Shown one piece after another: positions 58,025-64,000 of a stretch of 64,000 nt of DNA (position 1 is its first letter; each line of letters starts with the position of its first letter). Below the pieces are notes generated by a model. That model did no database searches. It saw nothing but the letters and a program-made list of their open reading frames with translations, and was not told where the DNA came from. This DNA is from an uncultured Candidatus Saccharibacteria bacterium (GTDB taxonomy: Bacteria; Patescibacteriota; Andersenbacteria; UBA10190). The stretch is taken from the NCBI GenBank assembly GCA_964371255.1, contig CAYJKV010000002.1:130553-194552 (forward strand), written 5' to 3'. Position numbers and translations under genes: made by a program.

Positions 58025-60797
58025 AAAAATTGCTTGGCCGGACCAAATTGCTATTGCAGCGCTAGCCGTCGCCTGGGTGGCTTTCTTTAGTCGAACCCTT
58101 TTTAATCAGCTGGTGTATTTTCTGGATGATTTGAAGATTATTTATTACCCCTTGGAATCGGTCTATGCCACCATGCAGCAAGCTAACCAGCTTCCCCTTT
58201 GGAGCCGCTTTTTTGGATTTGGACAGCCTTTGCTGGCTTGGGGCCAATTAGGTTTTTTTAATCCGCTTCATTTAACATTACGCTCTTTCTCTCTCCACCC
58301 CATCACTCTGCTGCAGGTTTCCATCTTGATGTATTTCGCGCTCGGTTCACTTGGTATGTTCATCTTTCTTCGCCGACTCAAAATATCTGCCGTCGCTGCC
58401 TTAGCCGGTGCCTTCGTCTTTACTTACGGCGGTTTCCACGTCGGTCATCTTAATCATGTCAATTTTTATACCGCGACCATGCTGTTGCCTTGGTTGCTAT
58501 CTTCACTCGACTGGTTCTCTACCCGACGGCACTTGCCATCATTCCTACTCACTGCCCTTTTATCTGCCACTATTGCGCTCAGTGGTCAGCCTCAGATCGT
58601 CCTCTACACGTTTGTCTTGGCAGCGATTTGGTTTGCCATCTTATTAATACGATCAGCGCATCGCTTCAAACTTTTCTGTCTGACGTCGCTGCTGGGTCTT
58701 TTGTCATTAACCCTCGCTGCTCCTGCCATTCTGCCCTTAGCAGAATTCCTGCCTGTCACCGAGCGTGCTTACGGACTTGGCCGAGCTGAAATTCTTGAAT
58801 TTAGTTACCCCCCCAGCCATGCCATCACTCTGCTGTTCCCCTATTTCTTTGGCGACCATCACTATTACTGGGGAGCCAAAAACTTCCAAGAATTAGCTGC
58901 CTACACCGGGATCCTGCCTCTCCTGCTGATTGGCCTGTCTTTGTTTTCTCGTCGGCGCACTTTGCAGCTGTTTGGGCTGACCGTTACTATTCTGGGCCTG
59001 CTGTTCGCTCTCGGTCAATATTCGCCCTTATTTTTGTGGCTGGTGGACCATGGCCTGATTAAATCCCTTTCTATACCCGGCCGTTTTACTTTCTTTTTCA
59101 TTGTGGGAGTCTCTATCCTGTCCGCCTTGGGTTTAGATACCGTCCGTCACTTAGCCTTCCGGCAAAAATCGCTCGCTTTTCTGCTTTGTCTCGCTCTTGT
59201 TTGGCTCCTCTTCACGCCCGTTATCAATCTGCTTTACCACAACCAAAGCCTCTATCAACACTGGCTGTCATTCTTGAGTTATACCCACTCTGAACCGTAT
59301 TTAATCGCTCTCGGTATATTATTGTTCTTAGGACTGTGCTTGCTCCCCAACCGTTATTTACGTTTCCATTACGCCTGGCTTGTCTCGAGCTGTATTGCGG
59401 TTACTCTCATTATCTACGGATGGAATTATAATCCACTCACGCCATCGACGACTGCTTATCAATCCTCACCATTTTTTGACGAGCTTCAGTCCTACTTCCA
59501 ATCCCACAATACACCCCCTCGAATTTATCACGTCGAACACCCTTCAATTGCTGCTCGGCGGCGCACCGAGCCTATCACCCCCCTCTTTACGGTCATTCAG
59601 CCAATTACGACTTCCGGCACCTCCCTGTCTTGTTTTACCATGCCTTATCAATTAAGTTCTGACCGTTCGTCCGGCTCCGTGGTCGACATCTCACTGACCG
59701 CCTCACCCACTGGCGACCCGCTGTCTTCAATTACGATCGACCCGGCTTCACTCAATGGCACTCTCTTCAATATATGTTTTAACCCTGTCCCCACAAAGGT
59801 TGGAGACCGGCTCTGGTTACGCTTTAGCAGTCAAGCTGACAGCGGGTTTCGTTTGATTTACCAGCCGGCCAGTTTCGCTGATCAGGCCGCTTATCTATTG
59901 CGCGTCACAAACCCCACCGCCGCTGAACTGCAAAGATCTATCAAGCCAATAACTATCGTGGTTTATGCCCCTGACGATCTATCCTCTGATTTATCAGCCA
60001 GGCGGCTTGATCGTCACATCAATGCGACTGCGTTTGCCAGTTCCGCTAATTGGATTGGTGCCTTGTCTGTTAAGACATATCGAAGTTTTGTCGCTTCCCT
60101 GCTGGATGATGACATTGATCCCATACATAACGATAGCGTGTCAGTCATCAATGACCGCCGAGCGATCATTAACTTAGCGGGCATTACTCACCTGGTGGAA
60201 ACAGCCGTTATTAATACTGACTATAGCTATATCACTGCTGCTGGCTTCAAGTTGGTCTCCTCCGATTCCATTCAAAACAACGTCCTTCGTCTTCATCAAA
60301 ATCAACTTGTTCTCCCCAAAGCCTGGTTAGTCAAACAGGCCGTGTTTTCTCCGGTTGACGACGAGACCGTCAGCGCTATTCGACAGCGTAATGACTCCGT
60401 TCGGGAATTAGTCTATATTAACGGACCAACTCCTCCGGACGTCTTATCCTCAATGGATCCAACTGCCTTAGTCAGTCAGGTCTCCGTCACGCGTTATGAC
60501 GATACGATTATTGATTTGCAGGTTGAAACCAACCAGTCCGCCTGGCTCGTCTTTAACGATACATCGACCCCGGCCTGGCATACCTATATCGATGACCAGC
60601 CCGCGCCTTACTACACGGCTTTTTCATTATTCAAAGCGGCCCAAGTGCCGGCTGGCCAGCATACCGTGTCTTTCCGCTATGAATCACGCCTGACCAACCT
60701 ATCCATCCATCTCGCTGCAGTTGGCCTGCTCATAGTTATCATTCTATTCGCATTTCAGGCTACCGGCGGGTTTAACCGTCCCGGTGCTGCTGTCTAA
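58017..60797 (+). CDS. YfhO family GT-C glycosyltransferase
   Basis: DDL...YYP, LPLW....GFGQP, GHLNH, GQPQ, PGRF, LPKAW, WLV..D...P.W...ID, VPAG.H.V.F.Y. Confidence 0.85.
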   Translation: MLKKIAWPDQIAIAALAVAWVAFFSRTLFNQLVYFLDDLKIIYYPLESVYATMQQANQLPLWSRFFGFGQPLLAWGQLGFFNPLHLTLRSFSLHPITLLQVSILMYFALGSLGMFIFLRRLKISAVAALAGAFVFTYGGFHVGHLNHVNFYTATMLLPWLLSSLDWFSTRRHLPSFLLTALLSATIALSGQPQIVLYTFVLAAIWFAILLIRSAHRFKLFCLTSLLGLLSLTLAAPAILPLAEFLPVTERAYGLGRAEILEFSYPPSHAITLLFPYFFGDHHYYWGAKNFQELAAYTGILPLLLIGLSLFSRRRTLQLFGLTVTILGLLFALGQYSPLFLWLVDHGLIKSLSIPGRFTFFFIVGVSILSALGLDTVRHLAFRQKSLAFLLCLALVWLLFTPVINLLYHNQSLYQHWLSFLSYTHSEPYLIALGILLFLGLCLLPNRYLRFHYAWLVSSCIAVTLIIYGWNYNPLTPSTTAYQSSPFFDELQSYFQSHNTPPRIYHVEHPSIAARRRTEPITPLFTVIQPITTSGTSLSCFTMPYQLSSDRSSGSVVDISLTASPTGDPLSSITIDPASLNGTLFNICFNPVPTKVGDRLWLRFSSQADSGFRLIYQPASFADQAAYLLRVTNPTAAELQRSIKPITIVVYAPDDLSSDLSARRLDRHINATAFASSANWIGALSVKTYRSFVASLLDDDIDPIHNDSVSVINDRRAIINLAGITHLVETAVINTDYSYITAAGFKLVSSDSIQNNVLRLHQNQLVLPKAWLVKQAVFSPVDDETVSAIRQRNDSVRELVYINGPTPPDVLSSMDPTALVSQVSVTRYDDTIIDLQVETNQSAWLVFNDTSTPAWHTYIDDQPAPYYTAFSLFKAAQVPAGQHTVSFRYESRLTNLSIHLAAVGLLIVIILFAFQATGGFNRPGAAV

Positions 60798-60834
60798 TTT
60801 GCGATAAAAGACGATTAGTCACCGGTCTAACCAT

Positions 60835-62790
60835 TTAACGCTCGGGATTTTTCAAAGCGGCCATCTGGTCTTTTTTTAATTTCACTAAATTACTTCTGGC
60901 CGCAGCTAGCTGAGGGTCAAGCGCTAAAGCTTGCTGGAGCGCTGTTTCCGCGTTCTGCCAATCGCCTGCCATCGCATACAGGGCCCCCAGTCGATTGAAC
61001 CACGTCGCATGCCAATTTTCTATTTCTACCGCTTCCGCTAGCGCGGCTATCGCCTCCTCATTTCGTTTATCAGCTAGCAGGGCATCAGCCAGGCTCGCCC
61101 AACAACTGGCGCAATTCGGCTTAAGCGTAATGCTCTGCCGGTAAGCATCTGCCGCTTTCTTATAATCCTGCCGCAGCAAGTATACGTTCCCTAAATTTGT
61201 GTAACCGCTGATCAGATCAGGCTTCAACTCAATCGCTCTTTGCAGCACGGTTGCTGCTTCAGAAGTACGTCTGGTTTTTCCTAGTAAAGCACCTAAATTT
61301 ATCATTACTTCGAAGTTGTCAGGGTGATAAGTTAAAGCTTGTCGGTAGACTTTCTCCGCTTCGCCTGGCCGTTGTTCTTCCTCGTATGCCAAACCTAGAT
61401 TATTTAATGGTCGGGCTTTTTGTGGCGATTTATTGACAGCTTCAGACCACAATGATAAGGCGCTGCCCCACGCCTCGTTTCTCCAATAAGTCATCCCCCC
61501 CAGAACTGCTACTAATAACGCGATTGCTAAGGCCGGTCTTGCTAACGCCTTGATGGACTGTCTTTTGTTTTTGGCATAATGGGCCAGCCACCAAGCTAAA
61601 CCGTCCGCCAATATTATTACCACTCCAATCATGGGCAAATATAGTCGATGTTCAAAAATATTGTCTTTAATCGGTATAAAACTTGACTCCACTGATAAGG
61701 TTAAAAAGAACCATATAATGCCGAACGTGCCAACGTAACGTTTCCGTCTAAACAACCACAAACCCACACCAACCAAACCAATAATAGGCAGTAGATAAAT
61801 AAACGATGAGGGCTCCCCAGCCTCTTGCCAAGGTATGTCATGATCAATATTCAAGCCCGCCGGCCAAACAATCAACTGCAAATATTTAGTCACCACCCGC
61901 CACTCTGTAACAAAGTATGTCCAGCGTGAAATTTCCTGATTTTCTGCCGCCACATTATTAATCCGGCTCAACGTAACTTTATCAAAAATATTTTGATTAT
62001 AAGTCTCAGGCGATACCTCAGCATCATGAATTATTAAGCCTCTTACCTCTAATAAATATGCTGGAATTATCAGAACTGTTAACACCCATGGTAAAATTTT
62101 CCACCACCGCTTCATCACCTTGCGCCAGGTATATGAAAAAAATAAATACTCAATCGTCACAATCGTCATTGGTAGCGTAATTGCAATTTCTTTAGAATGC
62201 ATCGCCAACACGCTGCTCATCATCGATAATCCCGCCCACCCCCAGACTGCTCGTTTACTGGTGCTCTCCCGATAAAGCCAATAAGTCACCACTGCCCCGA
62301 CATAAAACAAGGTCGTCAGTAAAACCATTCTTTGCACAATATAGTTAACGCTTTGGGTTTGGATGGGATGAACTAGAAAGAATAATCCCGCCGTGATTGC
62401 CGCCAACCAATGATTATCGATACTCATCCAGCGATTGTGCCATTGCTGTTGGCTATAAGCTCGACGCGCGACCAGATAAACCAGACTGATCACTAACCCA
62501 GTCGTCACTAGATGAAGCGTAATATTGACAGTATGATAACCTTCTACTGCTAATTGCCCCCAGACGTAATTAATATCCAGAGTAAAATAGGGGATCGCTC
62601 TCGTGCCCAAAAAGGCCGGGACCGACCACTTAACCCGGTGACGATCGTCATTTTGCACAATCGAGTGTATGTCATCCAAGACAAACGGCGCATGCCAGGT
62701 GTTACTGTACAAAATAAAACCGATCAAGATAATCAAAACGGCTAGGCTGGTCTTTTCCCGTATCCGCAGACGATCAACAAAAGAATACAT
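60835..62790 (-). CDS. TMTC-like GT-C glycosyltransferase with C-terminal TPR repeats
   Basis: FVLDD..SI..N, YH.VN..LH, FFLVHPIQTQSV.YI.QR, SKE, WP..LNIDH, EHRLYLP, RN..W....LW, then several TPRs. Confidence 0.88.
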   Translation of the reverse strand: MYSFVDRLRIREKTSLAVLIILIGFILYSNTWHAPFVLDDIHSIVQNDDRHRVKWSVPAFLGTRAIPYFTLDINYVWGQLAVEGYHTVNITLHLVTTGLVISLVYLVARRAYSQQQWHNRWMSIDNHWLAAITAGLFFLVHPIQTQSVNYIVQRMVLLTTLFYVGAVVTYWLYRESTSKRAVWGWAGLSMMSSVLAMHSKEIAITLPMTIVTIEYLFFSYTWRKVMKRWWKILPWVLTVLIIPAYLLEVRGLIIHDAEVSPETYNQNIFDKVTLSRINNVAAENQEISRWTYFVTEWRVVTKYLQLIVWPAGLNIDHDIPWQEAGEPSSFIYLLPIIGLVGVGLWLFRRKRYVGTFGIIWFFLTLSVESSFIPIKDNIFEHRLYLPMIGVVIILADGLAWWLAHYAKNKRQSIKALARPALAIALLVAVLGGMTYWRNEAWGSALSLWSEAVNKSPQKARPLNNLGLAYEEEQRPGEAEKVYRQALTYHPDNFEVMINLGALLGKTRRTSEAATVLQRAIELKPDLISGYTNLGNVYLLRQDYKKAADAYRQSITLKPNCASCWASLADALLADKRNEEAIAALAEAVEIENWHATWFNRLGALYAMAGDWQNAETALQQALALDPQLAAARSNLVKLKKDQMAALKNPER

Positions 62791-62791
62791 A

Positions 62792-64000
62792 TTAAGGCCG
62801 TTCTAATTGAGTCATATATTTCCTCGCTTCTTCATGGTTCGGATTAATAGCCAGTATCGCCTGCCATATTTCCTCCGCTTTTTTATTATTACCTAACTTA
62901 ATAAACACTTTAGCCAGATTACTCATGACTGCCGTGTCGCCTTTCTCCAGCTGTAAATAAAAGATATAGGCCCTGGCCGCTGACTCATACTCACCCTGGT
63001 TAGCTAAAACATTGCCTAAATTACCATAGGCAGGCGCCAGTCGTGGATTTAGTTGTAACGCCTTCTCTAGCTCCGTTCTTGCCTCCGTCATACGATTTAC
63101 TGCTCCAAGCGCAGCGCCCAATTTGCTATGCCACAACGCTTCTCCGGGTACCATGTTGATAGCCTGCCGATACGCCTCAATAGCTTCTTCATACTTTTCT
63201 TGTTTCACTAACACATCCCCTAAATTTCTCCATACCCCGGCGTCTTTAGTATTAAGGGAAATTGATGTTCGGTAGGCTTCCTCCGCCGCCGCCAACTTAC
63301 CTTGCATCATCAAAACATTACCCAAATTATTATAGGCAGCATCATGATTCGGGTTGATAGCCAGCGCTTCTTGTACCTCCCCGATTGCCTCTTCGTACCT
63401 CCCCAGGACACCGTAAATTGAGCCTAAATTGTTATGAGCGGAAACACTCTTCGGATCAATCTCTAGTTCCCGTTTATATAACGCTTCCGCTTCTCCAAAC
63501 ATCCGACGATCTAAAAAGGCTTTGCCTAAATTGTTGTGTGGCCTGGCTTTATTAGGAGCTTTTTCCTTGGCGTCTGTCCACAATGTCACCTCGTCTTTCC
63601 ACACCTTGTTGCGTTCATAGCTCGCTACTGCTAAGCCAACAACCCCAACCAAACACAGACAAACTAGCCAGGTCTCCGTGATCCTGCTTCTTTTTACTTT
63701 CTTGTTCACCACCACCAATACCATCTGTCCTACATCGCCCACCAGCAATGCCGCCCCTATCATCGGCAAATACAATCTATGCTCAAATATTACGTCAATG
63801 ATCGGAAAGAAGCTGGATTCTGGTAATAAGGCGATATAAAAGAAAATAATACCCAAAGCCGGTATTTTTCGACCCTTAGACAACAATAAAATCGCTACGC
63901 CAATCAACATTCCGTGCAATATTAAAGACCAGACAGTAGCCCGATCATTCAATGTTAATGTTAGCGGGTAATCATGATCAATGTTTTGGCCGGTCGGCCA
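62792..64000 (-). CDS. Second TMTC-like TPR glycosyltransferase (5' end beyond the window)
   Basis: Frame open to 64000 (WPTGQNIDHDYP...); ESSF.PI.D.IFEHRLYLP, RNKVW....LW, about 7 TPRs. Confidence 0.88.
   Translation of the reverse strand, partial: WPTGQNIDHDYPLTLTLNDRATVWSLILHGMLIGVAILLLSKGRKIPALGIIFFYIALLPESSFFPIIDVIFEHRLYLPMIGAALLVGDVGQMVLVVVNKKVKRSRITETWLVCLCLVGVVGLAVASYERNKVWKDEVTLWTDAKEKAPNKARPHNNLGKAFLDRRMFGEAEALYKRELEIDPKSVSAHNNLGSIYGVLGRYEEAIGEVQEALAINPNHDAAYNNLGNVLMMQGKLAAAEEAYRTSISLNTKDAGVWRNLGDVLVKQEKYEEAIEAYRQAINMVPGEALWHSKLGAALGAVNRMTEARTELEKALQLNPRLAPAYGNLGNVLANQGEYESAARAYIFYLQLEKGDTAVMSNLAKVFIKLGNNKKAEEIWQAILAINPNHEEARKYMTQLERP

Noticed and set aside
886-62745. Numerous 60-176 aa ORFs nested in or antisense to the large genes (e.g. 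3709..4239, 34034..34522, 48352..48843)
   Set aside because: They overlap well-supported CDS, have no motifs, and are expected from the skewed composition
60835-63600. Repetitive NNLG/NLG sequence as a DNA repeat or CRISPR array
   Set aside because: These are protein-level TPR repeats with divergent DNA; there is no repeat-spacer structure
1-64000. Alternative genetic code (TGA read-through) as in Gracilibacteria/Absconditabacteria
   Set aside because: Full-length proteins translate with code 11 and many end in TGA within ATGA overlaps
1-64000. Recent horizontally acquired island, prophage or defence system
   Set aside because: No integrase, transposase, tRNA, phage or nuclease genes were seen, and the skew appears to continue across blocks

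Overview
This window is a gene-dense, 64-kb cell-surface glycosylation island from a bacterium using genetic code 11 (TGA is a stop codon). The near-absence of Shine-Dalgarno motifs, many ATGA overlaps, strong C>G skew and abundance of GT-C membrane glycosyltransferases suggest a Patescibacteria/CPR-type genome; this is inference, as no marker gene is present. About 54 CDS lie in 13 alternating-strand blocks. They include about ten GT4 glycosyltransferases (one fused to a GT2), two polyprenol-phosphate GT2s plus a DUF2304-like partner, and ten GT-C-type membrane proteins: two TMTC-like TPR proteins, YfhO-like proteins, an ArnT/PMT-like pair and STT3/AglB-like proteins lacking WWDYG. There are also two Wzx flippases and seven SAM methyltransferases. 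Sugar-nucleotide genes comprise neuC-neuB-neuA with a D-2-hydroxyacid dehydrogenase, two Fcl paralogs plus a ColD-type dehydratase, rfbF-SDR-rmlC-like genes, a PglF-like dehydratase, an RmlD-like reductase and two 4-epimerases. Unusual members are an RGP/STELLO-like (GT75/DUF288) protein, a KpsS-like transferase and a degenerate M14 zinc hydrolase. At the DNA level, many first genes of transcription units carry TTGnnn-N16-18-(T/C)AnnnT exactly 6 nt before the ATG, implying leaderless mRNAs. No rRNA, tRNA, CRISPR array or mobile element was seen.
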